64,000 bases of DNA from Octopus vulgaris (Eukaryota). The stretch covers positions 52,452,001-52,516,000 of the forward strand of contig OX597822.1 of the NCBI GenBank assembly GCA_951406725.2. Reading direction: 5' to 3'. Of this stretch, positions 26,851 to 40,575 are shown one piece after another. The notes under the pieces are model-generated. The model was not told the origin of the DNA, searched no databases, and saw nothing but the letters and a program-made list of their open reading frames with translations. Made by a program: the position numbers and the translations under genes. Within the stretch, counting starts at the first letter, position 1; every line of letters begins with the position of its first letter.

Positions 26851-28371
26851 AAGTAGTACTTGCTACTGTGGTGGCGGGGGCAGTGGTGCTATTGTGGTGG
26901 TGGTGCTGGTAATGGAAGTGGTGGTGGTGGTGGTGCTGGTACTGGTTGAGGCAATAGTAGTACTAGTTGTTGTAGTGGTAGTGGTGGTGGTGGTGGTGGT
27001 AGTAGACGATGGGGATCATGTCGTGGTGGAAGTGAAAAAAGAAGACTGTTTTGTAATCCAACGTTGGACTGTTTTAACGTCCACTCCGGTATAACAGTAT
27101 AGTTAGTTAGACAAGTAAAGACACGATTATCTATGACCGACTTCGCTGACTTCTCCACCGGTCGACTTCCTACGTTACAGTATTTGTAACGACTATCACA
27201 TACTACTCGTCTCGTAGGAGGGGTGTTCCATTATTATCCCCATGACGAAGAAGAAAGAAGAAGAAGAAAGAAGAAGAAGAAGAAGAAGAAGAAGAAGAAG
27301 AAGAAGAAGAAGAAGAAGAGCAACAACAACAACAAGTCCAGCCGACAAAAGTTCGTAAGTCCATGAAAGATTTTATATCCGGACAAATACTACAGTTGAT
27401 TTACCTTTCGGGGTGTATGTGCATTAAGTATGATACACAGGTGGCTATTTTTTCTGATGGTGCTTCTGTTGTACATAGCGGATTTTTATTCAGCTGGGTA
27501 GCCTATTGCAGTACCAGGGATTTTTCAGTCACTATTTTCCTATATCACTAGCAACGGATTTTGTCTTGGTATGCGGTTCGCCGTGAGTAGAGGTTACTGA
27601 TTAGGCGTTTGAAGTCAAAAATGCACATCAGCATTCTTGCCATTGCGCTAGACAATTTTTTCTGTTAATGATACATTTGTGTTAACACAGCACATCCATA
27701 AATGACATACATACACATACACACACACAGACGCACAAGCATAAATAAAAAAAATTTTAATTAACACGTGGCTATTGGCCTAAAAATCTAACGGTCAAAA
27801 ATTTACTTGCAGCAAACAAATCAACACACGACTGCTGACGTATGAAGCTAACAATAAGACAGGAGATGTCTAACCAGTGGAACGACACGTATATAACAAC
27901 ACATATATACCATAATGCTAATTCTTGAAAATGAGACTGTGAAGTTCTGGAAATGTCGAATACGAATTTAGGAACTTTTGTTCGAACCTAGCTTAAAAAA
28001 AACTAAGAAGAAAATACGAAAAAGCGTGGGATGCCACTGAAGTCGGTTGCCGCGGTTTTCCATCAAGATCACTGTGCTATTTCCTGCAGAAGACAGGTCT
28101 GAAACCCAGACAACTGAAGAAAGCCATCAAAGAAATAGACACGGCAGCTCGAGGTGGCCAGAGTTGACAAGAGAGCGCAAGTAGGTGAAGACTAGTTCAT
28201 TCATTGCTGTCCCACTAAAGCAGAGTGTACAAGCTAAGGGGTGAAACGCATGTGACCCTGAGATACCTGCTGACAATACAGAAGGGTTTCCATGATTGTA
28301 ATGGATTTAGAAGAGTTTGCAAAACCTCTGAGTTTCAGCGAAGGGCAAAGCATCTCTGATGTCTATTTCAC

Positions 28372-28468
<97 letters not shown>

Positions 28469-28856
28469 CGGCAAATCTCGTTACTGTCTCAATGTATCAA
28501 ATTCTAATCTCAACGCATTGTTAACCCGCAATGAGGTAAGAACGTAATGCTTCACGACCAGGTCTGTTAAGCATTTATTTCTGTCACATATCTTAATACT
28601 AATTACTTATTTAGTTTAATGGCACAACTTTCAAAGTAAGAGAACATTCAATCATATGAGAAAAAGTATTTATGTCAGCGAAACCGGTACGCAAAATATA
28701 AAAGCGGTCTTGGCAAGACTCGAACTCTGAACATAGAAAGATGCAAATAAATACCACCGAGAATTCATTGCCCAATCGACCGATTCTACTACAAACTTGC
28801 TACTCAAACAGCATCGATAAAATTGAGATTATTAAATAAAAATTGCGGAAACCTAC

Positions 28857-29008
28857 CTCAAAGATTTGTCCAAGACCGTCAAGATTTTTACGAAATTGAA
28901 AAAAGTCGTAATAATTCTGAAATGCGTCTTTGTTTCCCTTCACGGATCCTTTAACCATGAATCTCACAGGCACACTGTTTTCTTGTGTGGCAGTACTCCA
29001 TTGAGGAT
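28857..29008 (-). CDS. Coding exon 4
   Basis: Acceptor TTTTTATATATAAG, donor GAG|GTAGGT, 152 nt, phase 1-0. Encodes DPQWSTATQENSVPVRFMVKGSVKGNKDAFQNYYDFFQFRKNLDGLGQIFE. Confidence 0.9.
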
Positions 29009-29169
29009 CTTATATATAAAAATAAACGAAAAATAATATAAATAGATATAGATATATGTATACATGCACACACAGGAACATGTGCATATATTGACATGAA
29101 TATATCCATATATATATAAATTTATATGTATGCGTGGGTATGTATGTATGTATATATATATATATATAT

Positions 29170-29290
29170 CTGTGGAAGAGTGTAGGCTCGAAACATAAAA
29201 GACATTTTCTATTCCTGAGCGATATACTAATACATTTGTTTGTTTGTACACCACCTGCCTTCGTCTTTTGTTTATTTTCGTAAAGTTTCC

Positions 29291-29295
<5 letters not shown>
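29170..29295 (+). mobile_element. Short TA-flanked repeat family (also at 4963-5055 and 46598-46790) with hammerhead-like motif
   Basis: CTGTGGAAGAGTGTAGGCTCGAAACATA here and CTGTTGAAAAGCGTAGGCTCGAAACGTA at about 46690-46718 (-). The copies share downstream sequence. Confidence 0.6.
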
Positions 29296-29336
<41 letters not shown>

Positions 29337-29397
29337 TAAAACAGTAAGATAACAAAAGAAAGAGACCTCAATATTATGTAAATAGAGGAAATTTATC

Positions 29398-29593
29398 TAT
29401 ACAATAATATGTTACATTACTCGATAGTCAAGATAAAACTCTGAGTTTCAGATGCCGAAGTGGGAATCCACGACATCTCTTCGGTTATCTGGCTATTTTC
29501 AAATAGCCAGATAACCGAAGAGATGTCGTGGATTCCCACTTCGGCATCTGAAACTCAGAGTTTTATCTTGACTATCGAGTAATGTAACATATT

Positions 29594-29601
<8 letters not shown>
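29398..29601. repeat. Perfect palindrome (about 100-bp arms) containing a hammerhead-like motif in each arm
   Basis: Centre at 29499/29500. Motif gataa-CCGAAG(A)GATGTCG...CGGCATCT-GAAA-CTCAGAG-TT-ttatc at 29510-29567 (+) and 29432-29489 (-). Confidence 0.85.
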
Positions 29602-29647
<46 letters not shown>

Positions 29648-29699
29648 ATGTGTGTATATGTATGTATATATATGATAAGTTTGAATACACATGCATAAA

Positions 29700-29975
29700 C
29701 GCGCATAAGTAACAGAAGCTCACTGCAAAGCGAGCGCATGCAGCAGTGGAGATCTTCAGAAGAACTTCCATTCGACATGTGTTTCGACCCTTATACCTGA
29801 CACTCTATGAGAGACGGACCCACCCAGGTCATGACTCCCAGATGTCCTCCAGCTGCTTTCCAAAATCCTGTCCCCAGCGGGATTTGAACCTGGGTCCTTT
29901 TTTGTTTGTGAACTTGTGTTCCCAGGTCTGTGTTTCAGCCCACTAGGCCATTCTGACTGACGAAAGAACCAGTTC
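29700..29975 (-). mobile_element. tRNA-Leu-like headed short element (putative SINE)
   Basis: GTCAGAATGGCCTAGTGG (A box) ... GGTTCAAATCCCGCTGGGGACA (B box and acceptor stem), between CA and TA tracts. Confidence 0.6.
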
Positions 29976-29998
29976 TCTCTCTCTGTCTCATACACACA

Positions 29999-30042
<44 letters not shown>

Positions 30043-30049
30043 ATCTCTC

Positions 30050-30106
<57 letters not shown>

Positions 30107-30109
<3 letters not shown>

Positions 30110-30412
30110 TAAATAAATGGAGTTGAACGAAGATGTTATTAAAATTCTTTTACTTTCGACATAGTGTTAGAGTTAGAGTTGGAGAAGGCAACTCTAACTC
30201 TATGTCGAAAGTAAAAGAATTTTAATAACATCTTCGTTCAACTCCATTTATTTACTTATACTACACAAATTACTGCACATTGACCCGGAGTTTCTACCTT
30301 TGAATAGGGCGCTTCATCCGTGTTACTTGCGTGAATTTTGCTACCCTGGTAACTGTTTACTGAATTTTCCATGTTAACGGTAGACAAAGGATAATTCATT
30401 CATCCATTTAAA
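30107..30412. mobile_element. TA-flanked fold-back element, same family as 19840-19885 and 21130-21340
   Basis: AAATAAATGGAGTTGAACG...CTTTTAC and its reverse complement form a hairpin at 30107-30258. The downstream 150 bp match 21180-21340. Confidence 0.8.
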
Positions 30413-30585
30413 TATATATATATAAATATATATGAAAGAAAAAAGATGTTCAGAATGCTGAATGGTTGTAAAAATATATATTTATTTACATATCATATTA
30501 TTATTTCATATTAGCGCTAACCAGCATTCTGAACATCTTTAATCTTTCATATATATTAAATCTGTACATCACCCCCAATACTTCT

Positions 30586-30622
<37 letters not shown>

Positions 30623-30722
30623 CTCACACACATCTATATATACATAAATATGTATATATGTATGTAGATATACATATATAGATACATACATACATACATA
30701 CATACATACATACATACATACA

Positions 30723-30753
<31 letters not shown>

Positions 30754-31295
30754 TGAGTGAGAGAGAGACGTCACTAAAGTGACAGAGGGTATTAAGTAGT
30801 ACCAGCATTGCTAGAAATATTAGTCAAACCAACCCAATAGCCACAGATAGTATCATCTTAATGACTTACAAGGGAGAGAAGCTCCCTACAGCGGATATAG
30901 CCAGATCACTGGTGATTTCGAATTCTGATGCTAGACCATCTTAATTCTTATCGATGGCTCTTACTGTGCCTAGGGTTAAACTCAACTCACTTTGTCAGCT
31001 TATAAGAAAACCGTTGAACACATTAGCTGATTTCAACAACGGTAAAAGTGAATATTACAAATAATATGGGTGGCTTATTAGCAATTTAACAACCTAAAGG
31101 TAAATTTAGCAATTTAAGGACCTAAAGGTAAAGTCTCCCTTGTCAGTCATTATGATGGTATTGTCTGTGGCCATCGAGTTGTTTTGACCCTTATTTCTAG
31201 AAATGCTGTAGCCTCTTTCACTTTAGTATCGTCTATAAATTTGCCTTTAAGTTGTTAAATTGCTAATAAACCATCCCTCCTATATATTTAAAAGC

Positions 31296-31791
<496 letters not shown>

Positions 31792-33059
31792 GTGAGTGAC
31801 CGAGAGTCGACTTCGACTGAGCGGATAGAGAGAGAGAGAGAGATCAAAATTATCAAAATTTGGTTGTGGCATTTGCAAGTATACATACACACTCATATAG
31901 GAGTGTTCTGGTGGTTTGCAGAGGAAGGAAAAAGAAAGAAGAAAAAAGTTTGAGAGGGTGGGGAGGCATGGCTCTTGTTTCAAAGTGGTCGAACTTTCCT
32001 TTTAGCAATCTTTTAGGTAGGGGAAGGAAAGGAATTTTTTGTATTCAAGTTTTTTTTAATTGGAAGGCCAGATGTTTTGATTTTCTCCAGTAAAAATTAT
32101 AAATTCATTTTCAAGGTCTTGCTTTTTTTTTTTCATTCTTTTGTATTCAATATTGTAATTGGATGAGGTCTTTATTTTTTTTAAGATTCGATATGTTTTT
32201 GATTTAGCTGTGTATGGCCATGTTTTTGTTTTTGAAAGAATGATTTTAAAGTTTGATTTTAAATACTTATTTGTATTCATGTGTGTGGGGGGGACGTTGT
32301 TGAAAAACTGGTCACTTTGTACCTAGAGGAGTGGTCTATGACCTCCATAGGCAATAAAAACTGGAGACAAGACAAGTCACGCACACACACATGTTTGTGC
32401 GGGAATGTGTGTCTGTATGTGTGTGCTCGTGTGTGTGTGTGTGTGTATCTACCTATGTTTATATATATAAAGGGATACAGATATTGCTTGCTCACTGTCA
32501 CCAAGCATCTCAACTGATTCTTTGCAATGAAATATTTTTACTTTGCAACGTTCTATTTTACCTATAAATTTATGATTTCAGAGAAAGGTAAGACATTTTT
32601 CAAATTTTACATCTTTGCTATTTTGACTTTACAGTTTGAATTGTAGAATTGTCTATTCAATTGAAATATTGCAATCTTTGAGAACTTTCACGTCTATTTT
32701 TCAAACATATATAATTTCAAAGCTTGCTTTTGTTTGGGACTGAAATATCTTTTGTATTTAATTCGTACGAGTATTTTTTAAAGATTTCTTTTTAAGATTC
32801 TAACATAACTTATGGATATTCGTGGACATTTTAAACGTAGTTGTGAAAATGATATTGTCTTTCTCATGAAAGCTCCAAAATAAGGAATACAAACAAATTA
32901 AACCAAGCTCTTGTGTCTCCCTCAACTTGCATCGTTTCTTATGAACCTGCTGAATGTAAGGGAAGCTTCCCTTTACTAATTGATCATGAAAGTGATAATG
33001 TTCTTCCTCAGGAAAGTGCTAAAAAAATCGAGCCAAGATAGTTGTATCTCCCTCAACTT

Positions 33060-33250
33060 CCGCCATAATTGAAACTGCTCAACGTTATGAAAGCTGCCCC
33101 ATACCGATGGAACCTTATCATCCAGATGTGACTGTGATACCTGTTCAAAAACTACCAAACAAGATACCGAGGTTACAGTCAAGATAGTTCCAGGCTTATA
33201 ATTGGCTGCATTATGATGCTAGATTGAAAAGAGTTGTTTTCTGGAAAAAG
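33060..33250 (+). mobile_element. hAT-type TTF zinc-finger fragment
   Basis: EPYHPDVTVIPVQKLPNKIPRLQSR*FQAYNWLHYDARLKRVVF resembles the N-terminus of ZNF862/ZMYM-like hAT transposases. Confidence 0.5.
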
Positions 33251-33439
33251 TGATTAAAGTAAATTGTATTTAGCGTGAAAAATTACATCAGTACACCAAA
33301 TTTGAAAATTTTTACTTAATTCGAAAATTAAAAAAATCTGTTTTTCAAACGGAATAGATCCAAATCAGGAAGATGATTCTTTACAATGCGCCAAGCCAAT
33401 CTGATATGTAAAATTGTGTATTAGCTTATCAGATCAAAA

Positions 33440-35140
33440 CTAGTGCTTCATCGACCTCGTCTAAAAAGAAAGTGTAAGTAGTATAGTGTCGACTACCACA
33501 AGTATGAATTTATTTCAGCTCCACACAACCAACAGCAACCAATCTGTCTACTCTGTGAAAAGACTTACATGTGAAGCGATGAAACCATCAAGACTTCAAG
33601 AAAACTTGAGTAAAATGCATCCTCATAGAGCAGAAAAGAATCTGAATTATTTTCAATCCCTTAAAAGCAATTTTCACAAGAGAAAAACAATAGGAAGTTT
33701 TTTTCCCAGCTCATCCAGTCATTTTAGCGATGGTATGCGCGCTTCTTATAAGATACCATTTCTCATTGCGATGTCGGACAAACCTCACACAATAGGGGAA
33801 CAGCTAATCTTGCCAGCTGTAAAAGAAGTCCTGAAGACGGTGCTACACAAGGCACCAGAGCTAATTATCAAAGAGTAACAGCTAGCTCTGTCCAGAGGAG
33901 GGTTGATGAAATAGCAGAAAACGTCGAAGACCAACTCTACACAATTCTGAAGAAAACCAAATTCAGCTTGCAGTTGGACAAGTCTACTTTGCCAGGTAAT
34001 GATAACCTCCTCCTCCTCCTCCTTGCATATGTGTTCGTTTTGTGAAAGAGGAAAGTTTATGCCAAGAGCTGCTCTTTGCCAGAAACTAATACCAAGATGA
34101 ATCCATTTTCAATGTGGTCAAGAGCTTTACTGCCTGTGCAACTGATGATTCACCATCGATGACTGGCTGTCATCGCGACTTGATCAGTTATCTCAAAACC
34201 AGTCTACTTGTCTTCAAGATGCACTGCGTGATTCACCGACAACATCTTGTTGCACGAAACCTCAGTGGTCGTCTTCATGATTCCCTAAACACGGTCATGA
34301 CTGCAGTGAATAAAAACAAATCTCATGCTCTGATCTCTCACCTGTTTCAACAGCTTTGCTTTCAAAACGACGAAGACTTTCAAAACTTGCTGCCCCACAC
34401 AGAGGTGAGGTGGATATCACCAGGAAATTGTCTGAATCGTTTTTAGGTCTTGTTTGATTCAATAACGGAGTCCTTTGATACTACCGTCCCATAACTTAGT
34501 GTGAGGCTTTAAGGTATAAAAAAAGATATTGCGCACTTGTCTGACTTATTCAATAAATGCAACAAAGTGAATAAGCACATACAAGGAAATGGTGTTAATC
34601 TCATCCAAGTTAAGTCAACCATTTCAACATTTCAACCGAAACTTATGTATAAGAGCAATCTTGGACGCAGGGAGTTTTTTTCCAGTTTCCTTGCTTGTCT
34701 GGTTTCGGAAAGGACGGAAAACTTGCAGACGAGGATCTGTTTGTCTTTTGCTCCCACCTCACTGAACTGCACGAAGATATGAAGCGTCGAGTTCCTGACT
34801 GGATAGTCAACCCCTTCATTGACATCGGTGAAGAAGAAAGTTGAGAGTTAGAAGAGGAGCTGATAACTCTTCAAAATGATATTGAACTGAAGCCTAAATT
34901 CCGCAAGTGCTATCAAGAATTTTGGCTTCAAAAGGCTATCCGTGACCGCTATCCGGAGCTTTGGAAGAAAGTCAAATTGTTTTTCATTGCGTTTCCAACA
35001 TCTTATTTGGTTGAGAAAGGATTCAATGCAGTCACTCGCCTTCTTATGAAGTAGCGGTGCAAGCTCTAAATTACAGAGCACAATTCAGCCTGAGGTTGAG
35101 AAGCCACTTTCACTTCAACAAGCTCATCCTTCTCATTGAA
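33440..35140 (+). pseudogene. Decayed hAT (Buster/Charlie-type) transposase
   Basis: EAMKPSRL, KPHTIGEQLILPA, FSLQLDKST, ACATDDSPSM, HCVIHRQHL, HTEVRWIS, FPTSYLVEKGF, C-terminus QAHPSH*. A hAT-like terminus AAAAGTTTGAGAACTTCTG lies near 36555. Confidence 0.9.
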
Positions 35141-36667
35141 CCACCACCCCCCTTAAAAACTTACCCGGATGGGCTGTTTTAGTGGTATACTATTATGGCT
35201 TTAGTCTTTCATCTCTTTTCTTTTGCTATGAACACCGTAGCAACATACACTTTTTCAATGCACGAACTTCGTGACATTTATACGAACAAACTTGTTATTG
35301 GTGCGGAATTCCTTTCGTACAGGATTTATAACATTGCCTTTTCTATACATTCCCTTTTTGCACGTATTTCTTTTCTTTTTATGGGAGACTCGTGTACCAT
35401 TAACATTGCTACACTACTAATAATCAAGACCTGCACCTGCAACCACTTATTGACCACTGTATTTTGTGATTTCTATTTCATGTACAGTTGTGTATAGTTT
35501 TTTTAGAAGTCTACACACTAAATCTACAGAAACTACTTTTCCGGGCAGCATACTTCTGACAATTGCTCTCAGTATGTTTGCATATTTTGTTCTTTATTTT
35601 TCAATTTTTGTATTACAATGTTGCTTCCCTTTTTTCTTAATGACTTATCGACTTGTCACGGGATAATACGGTGATGTACCAAACCGAGTCAACTACCATT
35701 CTTCACATATTGTTTGCATTTACGAAGTGGAAAGCTCCGTTTACCGGAACAGTATCGCTGTGCATATGTGCAGCACATTGTTGAACGTTGCCGCTAGAGG
35801 TTCTTTTGCGAAACAGAGAGGCAACAAGACCTGTTTCTGCTGTACCTCGAAGAGAGAAGAACTGCAAATGAAGGGCGAATAATGTCTAACCATCAGAAGT
35901 TCTCGGAAACTTACATCCAACAGCCAAATGCTTTTGAACACCTTTCTCTCTCACATTCCTGAAGAAAATAATTATTTCTTCTCTGTGAAATATTCAATTA
36001 ATTCACTGTAAGTTTCATCTTATATTTCAACACAGATCATCATATACTCTCTGCTTACACAGAAATGCCTTTCTTTGACACACTTAGCCATATTTGCTAC
36101 ACTTACAATGTTTGTTGTTGGTATATATAATTTAAGACAAATAAAATTATTATGTGGTTGTTCAAGCGAGTCGATGATTTAATTTCACGCCTAACAAAGA
36201 CACTTCGTTAAGTCCAAAGCCTTCTCATATTACTACAACCTTTAAAAGCACTCCTGCCATTGCACTTCTGACTTCAATATACGTTATAAATTTGTGCATT
36301 ATTTTATCGAGTAAGAAAACATAATGAAGGGTTTTTTTTTGGCAGTAGATTGGGGGACTCTATGAATTTATTATATTATTATAGTATTGTATACAAATTA
36401 TATAATATTATATTAAATATCAAATGATTTATAGTATATATAAATTAGTAAAATATAAAATATTTATGCATAAAAATAAGGGTGGGGCACTGGGGATATT
36501 AAGTGACCATGAGGTAGGGGGGGGGGGCAATGGCTTAAAAAGTTTGAGAACTTCTGCTCTTAACGAAGTCCTCGGTCATTTGGCCATGCTACACCTGCAA
36601 TTCAAATCTTCAATAGTTATTATATCAATCTAACAGACAAAATGTCTTCAACAGAACGCTAACTTAC

Positions 36668-36886
36668 CTGAGAAATACCAGTCCATTTCAAAAGAGGTAC
36701 TTTCATCTTTCATTGTCAACTTCCAGTGATAACACCAGATGCCTCGAACTCTTGCTATGCCTAAACATCGTTCTTCTAGATCTTGTGATTTGAAGAATAA
36801 AGCAGCTACTCCAGAAATGGAACGGGAATTGAGCCTAGGTCTTGGATTATATATGCTTTGCGATATGTCTGACACGGTGCATTTTC
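36668..36886 (-). CDS. Coding exon 3
   Basis: Acceptor TTTTATTACAG, donor TCAG|GTAAGT, 219 nt, phase 1-1. Encodes GKCTVSDI...CLGIARVRGIWCYHWKL...FEMDWYFS, with the VRGIxCxxW motif typical of these repeats. Confidence 0.9.
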
Positions 36887-37071
36887 CTGTAATAAAAGCA
36901 GCGGATAAAGTTTGACAATCATATAAATTATAAATAATTTAAAGCATTATTATTTCTTTTTATTCAATCAATCATATACTTGGTTCGATCACTGAACTGC
37001 GGTCATGCTAGAATAACACTTTACAAGGTTTAATCGATTAAATCTATCCCAGAACTGTTTTTAGGTTTGAT

Positions 37072-37485
37072 ACTCTTTACTCTTTTACTCTTTTACTTGT
37101 TTCAGTCATTTGACTGCGGCCATGCTGGAGCACCGCCTTTAGTCGAGCAAATCGACCCGGGGACTTATTCTTTGTAAGCCCAGTACTCATTCTATCGGTC
37201 TCTTTTGCCGAACCGCTAAGTGACGGGGGCGTAAACACACCAGCATCGGTTGTCAAGCGATGTTGGGCGGGGAGGACAAAAACAGACACACAAACATATA
37301 CACACACATACATATATATTACGATAGGCTTCTTTCAGTTTCCGTCTACCAAATCCACTCACAAGGTTTTGGTCGGCCCGAGGCTATAACAGAAGACATT
37401 TGCCCAAGATGCCACGCAGTGGGCCTGAACCCGGAACCATGTGGTTGGTTAGCAAGCTACTTACCACACAGCCACTCCTGCGCCT
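37072..37485 (-). mobile_element. SINE family A, full length
   Basis: Family match with (GTAAAAGA)n tail. Confidence 0.93.
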
Positions 37486-37744
37486 TTTACATTTACTATC
37501 GGTCTCTTTGTTAGCCAAACCATCAAACTACAGGGACATAAACAAAATACCGGTACCAGTAATCAAGAAGTGAGAGACGAAAATAACACATACACACATA
37601 TACACACACGCATACACACATTTGCACACACACGCACATATATATATGTGTGCATGCATGTATACATTTATGTATATATTATGCATTTGGTCACATAAAC
37701 ACATACATATACGTATATGCATGCATACGCATATACATATGCAT

Positions 37745-37797
37745 ACACATACGCGCGCGCGTGTGTGTGTGCGTGCGTGCGTACGTGCGTACCTACG

Positions 37798-37829
<32 letters not shown>

Positions 37830-37936
37830 TACGTGCGTGCGTGCGTGCGTACGTGCGTGATTGCGTACGTGCGTACGTGCGTGCGTGCGTACGTGCGTGC
37901 GTGCGTGCGTGCGTGCGTACGTGCGTGCGCACGCGC
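37745..37936 (+). repeat. (TGCG/TACG)n microsatellite
   Basis: Direct inspection. Confidence 0.95.
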
Positions 37937-38150
37937 TTCAAAACTTTCTCAACATGAATACTGCAGTTTTGCGGCTTTCTATAGTATATCCACGTTAAGT
38001 AAAGCGTACAGAATGCTATGAATAGATAGTTTTCAGAAAAAGTTGCACCTTGTCGATCGGGAGAGGCTGCAATAGAAAGATGGTTCCCTTCCATTTCGTG
38101 TTTGCCAATGGGAATGCGTTCCTTGAGACCCGCAAAGATACTGAAATACC

Positions 38151-38386
38151 TATTTCTTTACTACCCACCAAGGGGCTAAACACAGAGGGGACAAACAAGG
38201 ACAGACAAACGGATTAAGTCGATTACATCGACCCCAGTGCATAACTGGTACTTATTTAATCGACCCCCGAAAGGATGAAAAGCAAAGTCGACCTAGGCAG
38301 AATTTGAACTCAGAACGTAATGGCAGACAAAATACGGCTACGCATTTCGGCCGGCGTGCTAACGTTTCTGCCAGCTCGCCGCCTTC
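38151..38386 (-). mobile_element. SINE family B with 15-bp target-site duplication
   Basis: GGCGGCGAGCTGGCAGAA...GAGTTCAAATT head. AGATACTGAAATACC occurs at 38136-38150 and 38387-38401. Confidence 0.9.
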
Positions 38387-38894
38387 AGATACTGAAATAC
38401 CGTCGCTGTTTCTTCATCTGATTGCATGTGAGCACTCTCGCCGCCAAAGTCTATACAATTCCTTTAAGCAACTGCTGATGATTGTCGGAGTTAGTTCTCA
38501 ACTTCTCGTATGAAACCAATTAGCACATTGGTTATTATGAGACTATATTATTGTACTTTATTCATATGAATGTTTCTTATATATAAATTTACCACTGACG
38601 AGGGAGCTGGTTTCCATCAAAGATACAAGGCTCCATCTTTGGGATGTAGTTAATACAGACAGATTCACATTTAGAACTTGAGAAAAGTCTTGCATATTTT
38701 TACTGTTCCAGTCACAGATTGCACTTGTAATGTACGCATCAGCCGGTCAGTTTCCCTTTCTGAAAATCCCAGTTTGTTCAGATTCTTCTTCAAGCATGCA
38801 TGAATCCCACCATCGACTTGTGATGATATGTATACATGCATGCATGATTCGAATGATTTTGAGGTTTTTCCATTTATTAAGTTTACAATTTATA

Positions 38895-38963
<69 letters not shown>

Positions 38964-39732
38964 GTACACATGTGCAGTTATTGCGTATCAAATTCACTCA
39001 CAAGGCATTAGTCGGGCCAGGGCTATAGCAGAAGTGATTCTAGGCCAAACTGATGCACTGTTATACTGAAACTGAAGCCACCTTGCAGCAAAGCGAATTT
39101 CTTAACCACGCAGTCTGCACTGAAACATCTGAATATGTGAGCTAATTAAATGTTTCTAATTTAGGCACAATGACAGCAGTTTTGAGGGAATGGGTCATTC
39201 GATTCCATCGAAAACAAAGTTGACCGCATTCGAATGATAAAACGTAAAAGTAATTTTAGATCGCTAGAATACTGTGTGTCGCTTTCCTGTGATAAATGCA
39301 TCTTGTTTTTAAATTGTTGAATGTTTACATTACATTCTGATAATTTTATTATTTTTTACGTTTCAATCAGTTCCTTCGTGAGTTCTTTCTTTGATCATCT
39401 GATTGTCATATATTGAATTTAGAAATCTTATTTAATTGCTTATGCGTCGAGGAAGTTGACAGTCAAATTCGAATGGAAAAGGGAAGGGCTGAAATGTTGT
39501 TTATAGTCAAATTATACAAATGATGTTATTAACAGTCAGAAAATTTTAAATATTTGATTAGAAGTAAGTCAGTGTAGATGAGGATGTTCAAATATAATGT
39601 TATCGTATCATTAATATGGCATCTTATTCGGTTTTGCTTCATTTACCAGTTTGGTAAATAAACACAAACTCTATATAATTCTTATGTATCTAGTGTAAGC
39701 AAATGAACATGTTTAGAAAGGAAAGGCTCATT

Positions 39733-39796
<64 letters not shown>

Positions 39797-39806
39797 GGTG
39801 GTGGTG

Positions 39807-39846
<40 letters not shown>

Positions 39847-40575
39847 CAGCAGCAGCATAAAATGCTATTTCTCTGTCTATTACGCTGGAAAGAGAAAGCA
39901 GTGGCTGTGCTGAGAGAAGTGAAAGGGAGGAAAGCAAAGTATAGTAAAGAGAAATTGATCAGAAAGATATATACATAGGCAGATAACTGACAGAGCGTAA
40001 CATAGGGAGGGAGTAAGAAAGTACTAAGTGAAAAGAGTAGCCGTGCAAGCAAATTACGAAATATAAGGAGGGAATGAAAAAATACAAGAGAGGAAATAGC
40101 AATATGAGTAAGAGAGGAGGGGTGGAAAGAAGGAAAATGAAGTTCTACAAAATAGCGGAGAATTAGAGATAAAATGAGATGAAATTACAGAGGTATTAAA
40201 TGTGAGAGAATGAGAGGGAAAGTGATATTCATAGAGAAAGAAATTCGTATATGAGAAATTAAAGCATGTGAGAAGAAAGACGTTCGGAAATAACGAGGAA
40301 GCAGATTTTAATTGAGAAGAAAAGGGAAAATATAAATTGATAGAGTACATATATATAAACTGATAGAGGACAAATAAAGATTAAGAATAATGAAGGTCAT
40401 TTAGTAGCGGTAAGAAGAATAAAAGTAACTGAAAGAAGACAAATGAAATACAAGAAGAAAATAACGCAAGTTTAAGTCAAAATATTAAGAATTACTGAAC
40501 ATTAAGAAATACTACTAATGCAACATTCATAATTAGTTGTGATATATGTTAAATATGAATAAAGTAAAACCTCAC

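Noticed and set aside
38593-38650. CTGACGA-GGGAGC...GCTCC
   Set aside because: No GAAA or stem III follows.
38592-38760. Possible extra minus-strand exon (TTTTCAG...GTAAAT)
   Set aside because: It has stops in all frames, and exons 2 and 3 already join in phase.
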